Positions 49,624 through 58,640 of a DNA stretch of 64,000 bases are shown here, piece after piece. Within the stretch, counting starts at the first letter, position 1. Each line of letters opens with the position of its first letter. The stretch comes from an uncultured Thiotrichales bacterium (GTDB lineage: Bacteria; Pseudomonadota; Gammaproteobacteria; UWMA-0217), in contig CAYSFW010000089.1 of assembly GCA_964430355.1 (NCBI GenBank), forward strand, positions 147,750-211,749, given 5' to 3'. A model generated the notes under the pieces. It was not told the origin of the DNA and made no database searches. It saw only the letters and a program-made list of their open reading frames with translations. The translations under genes and the position numbers were made by a program.

Positions 49624-50544
49624 ATGAATCCACGGTATTTCACGGTTGGGCTGGTGCTGCTGGCACTGGCCGTCGGGGCGGCTCGCGCAGAGCTGATGCC
49701 ACGCATCATCGGCGGCACTGTCTCCCAGCCCGGTGCATGGCCCAGCATGGTCTCGCTGCAGCAGGTCAGCGACACCGGCCGCGTAATCGGCCACTTCTGT
49801 GGCGGCAACCTCATCGGCAACAAGTGGGTGCTGACCGCGGCGCACTGCGCATACACCAAGGATGCGGACGGGCGGTTCGTGAGGCTCGCCACACGCAACG
49901 TCCAGGTTCTTGCCGGATCGGATTACAGCGACGCGAACCGGGGTGGCACTCTCGTGCCGGTGGCGAATATTTTCGTTCACCCAAACTACAACGCAAATAC
50001 CTTCGACGCCGATCTCGCAATTCTGGAGCTCGCGTACACGGTTTCGCAGCCCGTGATGAAGCTCTACCCGGTGGCGCCCAATGTCGGTTCGCTCGCCACC
50101 GTGATCGGCTGGGGCACCACGCAGTACATCGACGGCGTCGCTTCCAACTTCTCGGTGCAGTTGCGCCAGGCCCAGCTGCCCATCATCAGCAACGCCACGT
50201 GCAATCAGGCCAATCCAGGCGTCACCGCGAACCAGCTCTGCGCCGGTTATGCCGAGGGCGGCAAGGACAGCTGCGCGGGTGACAGCGGCGGGCCGCTGAT
50301 GATCCCGCTGAGCACCGGGGAGTTCCAGCAGGTGGGGATCGTCAGCTCGGGTGAGGGCTGCGCCTTGCCCAACAACTACGGCATCTACACCCGCACCGCG
50401 AACTATCTGACCTGGATCAATGCCTACTTGGGCGGGTCTACCCCGTCCAACGGCAGCAGCAACGGCGGTGGCGGAGCGTCTGGCTGGGCGTGGTTGACAG
50501 CGGCGTGGGTCGCCGACTGGCTGCGCAGACGTCGCCCACGCTGA
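49624..50544 (+). CDS. Secreted trypsin-like (S1) serine protease with GlyGly-CTERM
   Basis: Signal peptide, RIIGG activation motif, LTAAHC, DLAIL, GDSGGP; C-terminal GGGGASGWAWLTAAWVADWLRRRR. Confidence 0.9.
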   Translation: MNPRYFTVGLVLLALAVGAARAELMPRIIGGTVSQPGAWPSMVSLQQVSDTGRVIGHFCGGNLIGNKWVLTAAHCAYTKDADGRFVRLATRNVQVLAGSDYSDANRGGTLVPVANIFVHPNYNANTFDADLAILELAYTVSQPVMKLYPVAPNVGSLATVIGWGTTQYIDGVASNFSVQLRQAQLPIISNATCNQANPGVTANQLCAGYAEGGKDSCAGDSGGPLMIPLSTGEFQQVGIVSSGEGCALPNNYGIYTRTANYLTWINAYLGGSTPSNGSSNGGGGASGWAWLTAAWVADWLRRRRPR

Positions 50545-50680
50545 CGGAGCCGCTGCCTATCCGTGCGATGGACCGCCCGGCCCACGGTGCGTGGCGCCTG
50601 GACATAACAGGTCGGTAGGCTAGGCATTCGCACCGTGTAGGGCGGCACTTCGACCGCGTAGTCAGTGGGTCTGCTTGCCC

Positions 50681-51721
50681 CTAAGGACTGGGGTTGGGGA
50701 TGCGCCGATGAATGGCTTCGATGCCATCGAGTACCGTCCCCGAGAGGTGCACCGCGGCCGATTCGATGTTCTCCGCGAGCTGCTCGAGCGATGTCGCGCC
50801 GATGAGCGTGCTGGCTACGAAAGGCCGTGAATTTACGAAGGCCAGCGCCATCTGCGCGGGCTTAAGCCCGTGGCGGTGCGCGAGATCTACGTAGGCTGCG
50901 GTGGCCTTTCCCGCGTCCGGGCCCGAGTAGCGGCTGTAGTTCGGAAACAGGGTGACTCTCGCGCCAGCCGGGCGCCTGCCGTGGAGGTATTTGCCGCTCA
51001 GTACGCCGAAACCGAGCGGCGAGTACGCAAGCAGGCTCACCCGTTCGCGGTGGGCGATTTCGGCAAGCCCCACCTCGAAGGTCCGGTTGAGCAGGCTGTA
51101 GGGGTTCTGGATGCTTACGATGCGCGGCCAGCCACGTTCGCGCGACAGCCGCAGGTATTCCATCGTCCCCCACGGCGTTTCGTTCGAAATGCCCACCTGC
51201 CGCACCTTGCCGGCGCGCACAAAGCCATCCAGCACCTCCAGCGTCTCCTCGATGGGCACGGCGTGCGCGTCGGGTTGCGGTGTGTAGCCGAGCTTGCCGA
51301 AATAATTGGTGGCGCGCTCCGGCCAGTGGATCTGGTAGAGATCGAGATAGTCCGTGCGCAGTCGCGTCAGACTGCCGTGCAATGCGCGCTCGAGGTGGTG
51401 GCGGTTGAGCCGTGGTCCGCCGCGGATGTGCCGCACCCAAGTCTCGCCCGGCCCCGTGGCCTTGCTCGCGAGCACGATGCGCGACCGGAAGCCGCGCGCA
51501 GCAAGCCATGCGCCGATGTATTCCTCAGTGCGTCCGTAGGTCTCCGCCCGCGGTGGGATCGAGTACAGCTCGGCGGTATCGATGAAGTTCACGCCGTGAT
51601 CGAGCGCGTAGTCCAGCTGCGCATGGGCTTCTTCCAGCGTGTTCTGTTGACCCCAGGTCATAGTGCCAAGGCCTATGACACTGACCTGAATGCCGCTGTC
51701 GCCGAGTTCGCGGTATTCCAC
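50681..51721 (-). CDS. tas: NADP(H)-dependent aldo/keto reductase (Tas-like)
   Basis: GLGTMTWG, NFIDTAELY, DYLDLYQIHWP, GISNET, SIQNPYSLLNR, LLAYSPL. Confidence 0.85.
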   Translation of the reverse strand: MEYRELGDSGIQVSVIGLGTMTWGQQNTLEEAHAQLDYALDHGVNFIDTAELYSIPPRAETYGRTEEYIGAWLAARGFRSRIVLASKATGPGETWVRHIRGGPRLNRHHLERALHGSLTRLRTDYLDLYQIHWPERATNYFGKLGYTPQPDAHAVPIEETLEVLDGFVRAGKVRQVGISNETPWGTMEYLRLSRERGWPRIVSIQNPYSLLNRTFEVGLAEIAHRERVSLLAYSPLGFGVLSGKYLHGRRPAGARVTLFPNYSRYSGPDAGKATAAYVDLAHRHGLKPAQMALAFVNSRPFVASTLIGATSLEQLAENIESAAVHLSGTVLDGIEAIHRRIPNPSP

Positions 51722-51737
51722 GACCGCAAGACGCCTC

Positions 51738-52859
51738 TCAAAGAAAAAGGTTGAGTACGCCCGTGTAGCCGTACAGCCGGTTGTGGAAGATCTCGCCGTT
51801 GGCGAAAAAGCCCACGAGCGGAAACTCCCCCAAAACCTCGGTGATCATGCGCAACTCCTCGGAGTTTTCGCCGAACTGGTTTCGCCCGCGCCCCAGGCAG
51901 GAGAAGTACAGTGCGCCCCGCGGTTTCCGCCCTCTGCAGCGGCGTGCGAGACCCTCAAGCATCCTCGACATGTCCTCGCGGGCGGTGTTGCCGTCTCTGC
52001 GGCAGAACATGATCTGATCGCCTTCACCCACCAACTCGCCGATGGCAATCAGCCCCTGCCCGACATCGATGCCCAGCAGGTTGCGCACGAGGTAGTCTTG
52101 GGTGTCGGAGTGTGGGAGCGGCAGGCCGACAAAGATATAGCCGCCGAGCCGACTCAGGTCGCGCGCCAGCACCTCGCCAATGTCCTGCTTCATCATATCG
52201 AGCGCGGGGCGGCCGTCGAGCTCGGCGATGATATTACGGTGGGCGCGGGTGATGGTCCGAACCGGCCCGATGGGGCTGCAGCCTTGCGTGTGGCCGGCGG
52301 CCACCTCCACCTCTGACGCGAACAGCACGCCGGACAGCCCGCCGGTTTGGACTCCATCGGCCACTTGGGCGAGCAGCCCGTTGGATGAGGTTAGGCCGCC
52401 GACGAAGAACGCACCATCGAGAGCGGATGAGACCTGCTCAATCAATCCGGGCAGCGCAGGGTTGCTCGGATCGCCGTGCAGCACACCGAAGCGCGGCTGG
52501 TGTGCGGAGATCCAGGCGGCCTCGCTGTCGAGGGCGTCACCGGCGGCCGAGGTCAGGTTGGGGAACACCCGGAAGGCCTCCGCCGGAAAATCGCGGAGCA
52601 TGACCGCCACGGCAGGCTGGTCATAGATTTCCCGACCCTGAACACTGATGGCCATGCCTACGCTCCCTGTCCAATGGGTGACTCCCGTAGCCTGTTTCAG
52701 CAGTTGCAGGATGTGGGGTAGCTCCCGAGCCAGCGCGTCGGTGGCGTAGATGAAGCCGAGATTGGCAGCCGGCGGGGGATCGCCGATCTGTGATAGCAGG
52801 GTGTTGACCAGCGTGCGTGGCTCGCTACCGAGGGCGTAACCGTAGACAAATGAGGACAT
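51738..52859 (-). CDS. FIST-domain sensory protein
   Basis: FFVGGLTSS, GHTQGCSPIG, ELDGRPAL, YLVRNL, YFSCLGRG, GFFANGEI..LYGYTGV. Confidence 0.85.
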   Translation of the reverse strand: MSSFVYGYALGSEPRTLVNTLLSQIGDPPPAANLGFIYATDALARELPHILQLLKQATGVTHWTGSVGMAISVQGREIYDQPAVAVMLRDFPAEAFRVFPNLTSAAGDALDSEAAWISAHQPRFGVLHGDPSNPALPGLIEQVSSALDGAFFVGGLTSSNGLLAQVADGVQTGGLSGVLFASEVEVAAGHTQGCSPIGPVRTITRAHRNIIAELDGRPALDMMKQDIGEVLARDLSRLGGYIFVGLPLPHSDTQDYLVRNLLGIDVGQGLIAIGELVGEGDQIMFCRRDGNTAREDMSRMLEGLARRCRGRKPRGALYFSCLGRGRNQFGENSEELRMITEVLGEFPLVGFFANGEIFHNRLYGYTGVLNLFL

Positions 52860-52975
52860 AGGTACACTGCTCCCAGAGTAGCGTGGGAAGGCGAAGACCA
52901 GTGAGCCGTGGCTCAGATCACACGGTAGGTGGAGGTGCCAGCGGGGTCAAGGGAACCAGGGGGAGAAGGGGCATT

Positions 52976-53015
52976 TCGGGGCGGGCGCCTGACTTGACCG
53001 GCGCCCGCCACCCGA
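52976..53015 (-). terminator. Hairpin after prk
   Basis: TCGGG-GCGGGCGCC-N10-GGCGCCCGC-ca-CCCGA immediately after the prk stop. Confidence 0.5.
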
Positions 53016-53018
53016 GGC

Positions 53019-53912
53019 TCAGCCCTTTTTCTTCTCGATCAGGTCGTGGATGATCGGGGCGAGGATGATCTCCATCGACATCTGCATTTTGCCGCCAGGC
53101 ACGACGATCGTGTTGCGCCGGGACATGAAGGAGCCGGGAATCATCGCCAGCAGATACGGGAAGTCGATGTTGAACTTCCTCGGGTCACGGAAGCGGATCA
53201 CCACGAAGCTTTCATCCGGCGTGGGAATGTCGCGCGCGATGAACGGGTTGGAGGTGTCCACGGTCGGCACCCGCTGGAAGTTGATGTCCGTGTGGGAGAA
53301 CTGCGGCGTGATGTAATTCACGTAGTCCGGCATACGGCGCAGGATCGTGTCGACCGTGGCCTCGGCGGAGTATCCACGCTCGCGGTTGTCGCGCTGGATC
53401 TTCTGGATCCACTCCAGGTTGACGATCGGGACCACACCGATACCGAGATCGACGTACTTGGGCATGTCGATCGTGTTGGTCTTGACCATGCCGTGCAACC
53501 CTTCGTAGAACATCAGGTCGCTGCCGGGCGGGATCTCCTCCCATGGCGTGAATTCACCAGGCTTGAGGTCCGTGCCCAAGCGCGCGTTGTGCTCGGCGGC
53601 CTCTTCGACACTGTGCAGGTAGTAGCGCTTGCGGCCCGTGCCAGACTCGCCGTAATCGCGGAACAGCCCTTCCAGCAGGTCGAAATGATTTGCTTCGGGC
53701 CCGAAGTGGCTGAAGGAGTTGTTGCCCTCGGCCTCGGCCTTTTTCATCGCCTCCTTGAACTCGGCGCGATTCAGGCTGTGGAAGCTATCGCCCTCGATCA
53801 CCACCGCATTGATGCGCTCGCGAAAGAAAATCTGCTCGAACGCGCGCTTGACGGTCGTGGTGCCGGCGCCGGAAGAACCCGTGACGACGACGATGGGGTG
53901 TTTTGCGGACAT
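53019..53912 (-). CDS. cbbP: Phosphoribulokinase (proteobacterial type)
   Basis: MSAKHPIVVVTGSSGAGTTT, IEGDSFH, FYEGLHG, PIVNLEWIQKI, QRVPTVDTSNPF. Confidence 0.95.
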   Translation of the reverse strand: MSAKHPIVVVTGSSGAGTTTVKRAFEQIFFRERINAVVIEGDSFHSLNRAEFKEAMKKAEAEGNNSFSHFGPEANHFDLLEGLFRDYGESGTGRKRYYLHSVEEAAEHNARLGTDLKPGEFTPWEEIPPGSDLMFYEGLHGMVKTNTIDMPKYVDLGIGVVPIVNLEWIQKIQRDNRERGYSAEATVDTILRRMPDYVNYITPQFSHTDINFQRVPTVDTSNPFIARDIPTPDESFVVIRFRDPRKFNIDFPYLLAMIPGSFMSRRNTIVVPGGKMQMSMEIILAPIIHDLIEKKKG

Positions 53913-54299
53913 TAGGATCTCCCCGGATGAGAAGTTAGGGTCGCCGGGTCCGACGTCAGGCGCCGGGCCCTGGATGGTTCGAATGCTGCTTCTCCGGGGA
54001 TGCGCGGTGCGCCTCATCTGCTGTGAAACAGACGGCGATCACCGCACGGCGACCCGTTGTAACCCCCCGGCGAATCAGGCCAAGTGCCTCATTCTACCGA
54101 TGAATATGCGGCTACGCTACGGCGCTGCCGGTCCCTCTCGCGCCGGTCTCTGGGCAGCAGGGCGCCGCTAGGCTTGCGGTCGCTTCCTGTGGTATGTTTC
54201 CGTCTCTTGTATTGGGGAGCCCGTCCCGATCACACCAGAGGGGCGGACGCAAACTGTCCAACCGTCGCAACAAGACACTGCTTGATTGAGGAGTTTCGC

Positions 54300-54530
54300 A
54301 TGACTGCCGTAGCAAAAGAGCTTGACGCTCGTGGCCTGAACTGCCCCCTGCCAATCCTGAAGGCGAAGAAGGCGCTCAACGAAATCGGTTCGGGCGAGGT
54401 CCTTAAGGTCATCGCGACCGACCCGGGTTCCGTGAAAGACTTCCAAGCCTTTGCCAAGCAAACTGGCAACGAGCTGATGGAGCAGACCGAAGCGGGCGGT
54501 GAGTACACCTTCCTGCTGAAGAAGGGCTGA
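54300..54530 (+). CDS. tusA: TusA/SirA-family sulfur carrier
   Basis: LDARGLNCPLPILKAKKAL...DPGSVKDF; GAGGAG RBS. Confidence 0.92.
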   Translation: MTAVAKELDARGLNCPLPILKAKKALNEIGSGEVLKVIATDPGSVKDFQAFAKQTGNELMEQTEAGGEYTFLLKKG

Positions 54531-54557
54531 TTCCGCATCGCAACCAGTGTCGCCGTG

Positions 54558-54587
54558 AAAAAGGGGGGCTTCGGGGCCCCCTTTTTT
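54558..54587. terminator. Bidirectional intrinsic terminator
   Basis: AAAAAGGGGGGC-TTCG-GGGCCCCCTTTTTT region between convergent tusA and methyltransferase genes. Confidence 0.8.
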
Positions 54588-54595
54588 GTCTGCGA

Positions 54596-55258
54596 TCAGG
54601 GGCGCCGGCCGAACGCGATCCAGTGCCGGTCGCTGACCACCTCGACTCTCAGCCAGCCGAGTCCCGCCGAGCAGAGCTGTTCAGCCACTTCATCGGCACG
54701 GTACGCAGCACACAGCGAGTGGAAGAAATCCCGCTTGAGCAGGTCGGGTTCGCCGCCCGAATAGCGTTCGACCAGCACGTGTGCCACACCCTCATCGGCG
54801 GGCCGCAACAGGTCCATCACGAATACGGCACCGCCCGCTGCACAATAGCGATCAATGCACTGCCAGAGCGCCATCGGATCCTCCAGGTGGTGGAGCAGGC
54901 TGTTGCTGATGACGGTGTCGTATGAGGCGAGCGGCGGCGTCTCCTGCGGCAGGTAGCGGTGCAGCAGTCGGATGCGGTGGGCCTCGGGCGTGCCGTCGAG
55001 CAGCGCTTGGCCCACCTCGAGCATGGCCTGTGCCCCGTCCAGCCCGTGGATTTCGCAAGATGGGTAAGCCCGCGCGAAACGGCGGCAGATGTCCCCCGGA
55101 CCGCAGCCGAGGTCCAGGACCTGCCGCGGTGCATGGCCTGTGCAGTGTTCGCGAAACAGGGCGACAAAACGCTCGTGGGGCTCTGTGAAATCGGCTTGCG
55201 CGTAGGCCTGCGCCTGCGCAGGGTCGTCCATCAGCTCGGGTTCGGGGCGGCGTTGCAT
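54596..55258 (-). CDS. Class I SAM-dependent methyltransferase
   Basis: PEPELMD, VLDLGCGPGD, GLDG, SNSLLHH. Start ATG 55258 or TTG 55273. Confidence 0.85.
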   Translation of the reverse strand: MQRRPEPELMDDPAQAQAYAQADFTEPHERFVALFREHCTGHAPRQVLDLGCGPGDICRRFARAYPSCEIHGLDGAQAMLEVGQALLDGTPEAHRIRLLHRYLPQETPPLASYDTVISNSLLHHLEDPMALWQCIDRYCAAGGAVFVMDLLRPADEGVAHVLVERYSGGEPDLLKRDFFHSLCAAYRADEVAEQLCSAGLGWLRVEVVSDRHWIAFGRRP

Positions 55259-55269
55259 GGTGCTGGCGC

Positions 55270-56517
55270 TCAAGGAAGGGTGGTTTCACCGGCCAGCAAC
55301 TGCTCGATCGTCTCGCGGGGCCGCACGAGGTGCGCCGCATCGCCATCGACCATAACCTCCGCCGGGCGCGGTCGCATGTTGTAGTTGGAGCTCATCGAAA
55401 AGCCATAGGCACCGGCGGAGCGCACGGCGAGCAGATCGCCCTCGCTCAGGGTGAGTTCACGCCCCTTGCCGAGAAAATCGCCGGTCTCGCACACGGGGCC
55501 TACGATGTCGTAGTGGGCGTGGCGTCCGGCGCTGTGTGGCCGCACGGGGATGATGGCCTGCCAGGCGTTGTACAGCGCCGGCCGGAGCAGGTCGTTCATC
55601 GCTGCGTCCACGATTGCAAAGTCGTGACCCGTGTTGTGCTTGAGATATTCCACGCGCGTCAGCAACACGCCCGCATTGCCCATGATGGCCCGGCCGGGTT
55701 CCAGGATGATCTCGTAGGGGCGGCCCTGAAGGCGTTCGAGCACCGCCGCCGCGTAGTCGGCGGGCTCGGGTGGCGCCTCCTCGCGGTAGCGGATGCCGAG
55801 CCCGCCGCCGAGGTCCAGGTGTTCGATGGCGATGCCGCGGCGTTCCAGTCGTGCAGCGAGTTCGAGCACACGCTCGAGCGCTTCCAGCACCGGGCTGACC
55901 TGCGTGAGCTGCGACCCGATGTGGCAGTCGATGCCCACGGGCCGCACGTGCGGCAGGGCTTGGGCAATGGCGTAAATTTCCTCTGCGGCGTTGATGTCGA
56001 TGCCGAACTTGTTCTGTTTGAGGCCGGTGGAGATGTAGGGATGCGTCAGCGGATCGACGTCGGGATTGACACGCAGGCTGACCGGCGCAACTGCACCGCG
56101 CTCGCCGGCCACCTGGTTCAGGCGCAGCAGCTCGGCCTCGGACTCCACGTTGAAACAGCGAATACCGACCTCCAGGGCCCGCGCCATCTCGTCACCGCGC
56201 TTGCCCACGCCCGAGAACACCACCTTCCGTGGATCACCGCCGGCGCGCAGCACCCGCTCCAGCTCTCCGACCGAGACGATATCGAAGCCCGAGCCGAGCC
56301 GCGCCATCACGTTGAGCACGGCCAGGTTGGCGTTGGCCTTCACGGCGTAGCAGATCAGGTGCGGATGGTCTCCGAGGGCCCGATCGAAGGCGTGCCAATG
56401 GCGCTCGATGGTCGCCCGGGAGTAGACATAGCAGGGCGTGCCGTAGGTCGCGGCGATCGACTCGAGCGAGACGCCCTCCGCGTGCAGGACGCCTTCGACG
56501 TATCCAAAGTGATCCAT
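55270..56517 (-). CDS. lysA: Diaminopimelate decarboxylase
   Basis: YAVKAN (PLP lysine), KFG, HIGSQ, LDLGGG, EPGR, GPVCETGD. Confidence 0.95.
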   Translation of the reverse strand: MDHFGYVEGVLHAEGVSLESIAATYGTPCYVYSRATIERHWHAFDRALGDHPHLICYAVKANANLAVLNVMARLGSGFDIVSVGELERVLRAGGDPRKVVFSGVGKRGDEMARALEVGIRCFNVESEAELLRLNQVAGERGAVAPVSLRVNPDVDPLTHPYISTGLKQNKFGIDINAAEEIYAIAQALPHVRPVGIDCHIGSQLTQVSPVLEALERVLELAARLERRGIAIEHLDLGGGLGIRYREEAPPEPADYAAAVLERLQGRPYEIILEPGRAIMGNAGVLLTRVEYLKHNTGHDFAIVDAAMNDLLRPALYNAWQAIIPVRPHSAGRHAHYDIVGPVCETGDFLGKGRELTLSEGDLLAVRSAGAYGFSMSSNYNMRPRPAEVMVDGDAAHLVRPRETIEQLLAGETTLP

Positions 56518-56519
56518 AT

Positions 56520-56654
56520 CTACTTCTTGCGCTCCTGGGAGTGCCGCGCATCGTCCGGGAGGTACAGCGGCCCCTTCTGGCCGCACGCTTGTACGAGCCA
56601 GAGCGCCGCGAGGAGGAGCAGCCAGCGCCAAGCGCCTCGCCGTTCGAGTTGCAT
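56520..56654 (-). CDS. lptM: Small lipoprotein LptM/YifL
   Basis: ACGQKGPLYLP signature directly upstream of lysA. Confidence 0.85.
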   Translation of the reverse strand: MQLERRGAWRWLLLLAALWLVQACGQKGPLYLPDDARHSQERKK

Positions 56655-56726
56655 GGGGGTATCGGTCCAACAAAAACGGTAGGATAGCACGCCATACCCC
56701 ATGAACCGCGGAATGCCGCAGAGTAC

Positions 56727-58640
56727 TTGAAGCTACGCGCCCACATCCTGCTCTGGCTGATGCTGACGAGCCTGCTGCCGTTGCTCGCCCTGATGCTCGG
56801 CGCGATCGTCTACAGCCAGAAGGTCTATCTCGGCAGCGTGGATCGCGAGCTGCAGGCCACGCTCGACCGGGTCGCGCTCACCCTCGATCAACACTTCTCG
56901 CACCAGCGTCTGTTGCTGGAGTCGCTCGCGCAGTCGCCGCTGCTCCTGGATTTTGCCCGCGCGGTGCGCGACCTCGACCGCACGGAGGCCGCGCGCACCC
57001 GCTTCGACCAGGAGAAGGGGCGCATCGAGGCGCTGCTCAATGACCTGCACGCGCTGGTCGCCGAGGACGCTGTGATCCGCGTGCTGGATGCAAGCGCCAA
57101 CACGTTGATCAAGGTCCATTTTGGGGCCTCGCCCCTGCCGCGCCTGCAAAGCCTGCTGCCCTACGAAATCCGCGAGACCGAGCCCGACCCGGCCTTCGTG
57201 CGCCGCCTGCGGACGCTGCCACCACGCCAGATCAGCCATCTGCGCTTCCCCGCCGCCGCGACCGACTACGCCCCGGTACCGCTGCGGCTCTTGGACATGG
57301 TCCGCCCGGTGACGCTCGGTGACGACACCGTGCTCTACCTCGTGCTGACGTCGGTGGGCGAGCGGTTGGACCGACTGCTCGCGATCGCCCCGCGGCCGTT
57401 CAAGGCCACCCTCAGCATCGTCGAGCGCGATCTCGATCGCGGCACGGACGAGCTCGCGGTGCTCTACGACGATGCCCGACGGGCCGGGTTCGCCACGGCC
57501 GGGCCGGGTGAGCACTCCCCGCCACCGTGGCTCGCGGCGCGGTTGCCGGCGCAGCGTGCCGGTGTGGGCTTCGACGATGCTGATCACGGCAAGCGCTACT
57601 TCGTTTCGGAATACATCCCGTATCCGGAGCGTCTGCTCAACTGGATACTCATAGCGGAAGTGGATCGTGACATCTTCACGGCACAGTACCGGCTGCTCCG
57701 GCTCGGGCTTCTCGCACTGGGGGTTGTGGCCATCGGTTTGAGCCTGTTTCTTGCGCACCTCGCCTCGCGGCTCATCAGCGCGCCCATCGTGCGGCTGTCG
57801 GAAAACCTCGAGGCCTACGGGCGGGGTGAGTCACCGGCCGCGGATCTGCCGACCGCGACCACAGAAATCCGCAACCTGCAGCGTTCGTTTCGTGCGATGA
57901 CGGAATCCCTTACCGCTGCGGAGCAGGAAAAGGCCGCTGCCCAGCAGCGGTTGCTGCGTACCGCCAAGCTGGCCTCGATCGGCGAGATGGCCGCCGGCAT
58001 CGGCCATGAGCTGAATAATCCGCTCAACAATATCCTGGCCCTGATCAAGCTCCTCGGCAGGCGGCTCGCAACGGACGACGCGGCACAACAGGACCTGCAG
58101 TCCCTGCGTGAGGAGGCCCATCGTGCGGCGCTGATCGTGCGCGGCGTGCTCAACTTCGCAAAACAGATCCAGCCGACCCTGCAGCGCTATGCGGTGGCCC
58201 CCTGGCTGGAAACTTGCGTGCGCCGCGTGCAGCGATCCGCCGACGCGAAGCGCATCGTGATCCGCATCGAGTGCGAGGCGGATTTGCTCGCCCATGCCGA
58301 CCCCTTCCAGATGGAGCAGGTCGTCGTGAACCTGCTGACCAACGCGATCCAGGCGAGCCCCGAGGACGGCGAGATCCTCCTCGCCGCCGCGCGCACCGAC
58401 CCGTGGTTGCGGCTGCAGATCATCGACCAGGGCGGCGGGCTGCCGCCCGAGGTGCTCGATCACCTGTTCGAACCGTTTTTCACCACCAAGCCCTTCGGCG
58501 AAGGCAGTGGTTTGGGCTTGAGCGTGAGCCTGGGGATCGTCGAATCCCACGGCGGACAGCTCCATCTGTTCAACCATGCGCAGGGCGGTTGCACCGCCGA
58601 GATCCTGCTGCCCCTCGAAAGCCCGGAAACCCAGGCATGA
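56727..58640 (+). CDS. Membrane sensor histidine kinase (NtrB/AtoS-like)
   Basis: Two TM helices around a periplasmic sensor, HAMP domain, H-box AGIGHELNNPL, N/G1/F/G2 boxes (FFTTKPFGEGSGLGL). Confidence 0.92.
   Translation: MKLRAHILLWLMLTSLLPLLALMLGAIVYSQKVYLGSVDRELQATLDRVALTLDQHFSHQRLLLESLAQSPLLLDFARAVRDLDRTEAARTRFDQEKGRIEALLNDLHALVAEDAVIRVLDASANTLIKVHFGASPLPRLQSLLPYEIRETEPDPAFVRRLRTLPPRQISHLRFPAAATDYAPVPLRLLDMVRPVTLGDDTVLYLVLTSVGERLDRLLAIAPRPFKATLSIVERDLDRGTDELAVLYDDARRAGFATAGPGEHSPPPWLAARLPAQRAGVGFDDADHGKRYFVSEYIPYPERLLNWILIAEVDRDIFTAQYRLLRLGLLALGVVAIGLSLFLAHLASRLISAPIVRLSENLEAYGRGESPAADLPTATTEIRNLQRSFRAMTESLTAAEQEKAAAQQRLLRTAKLASIGEMAAGIGHELNNPLNNILALIKLLGRRLATDDAAQQDLQSLREEAHRAALIVRGVLNFAKQIQPTLQRYAVAPWLETCVRRVQRSADAKRIVIRIECEADLLAHADPFQMEQVVVNLLTNAIQASPEDGEILLAAARTDPWLRLQIIDQGGGLPPEVLDHLFEPFFTTKPFGEGSGLGLSVSLGIVESHGGQLHLFNHAQGGCTAEILLPLESPETQA

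Noticed and set aside
50583-50637. Inverted repeat CACGGTGCG/CGCACCGTG between the protease and tas genes
   Set aside because: Single copy in the window between convergent genes; adequately explained as a terminator-like hairpin with no support for a REP or MITE family.
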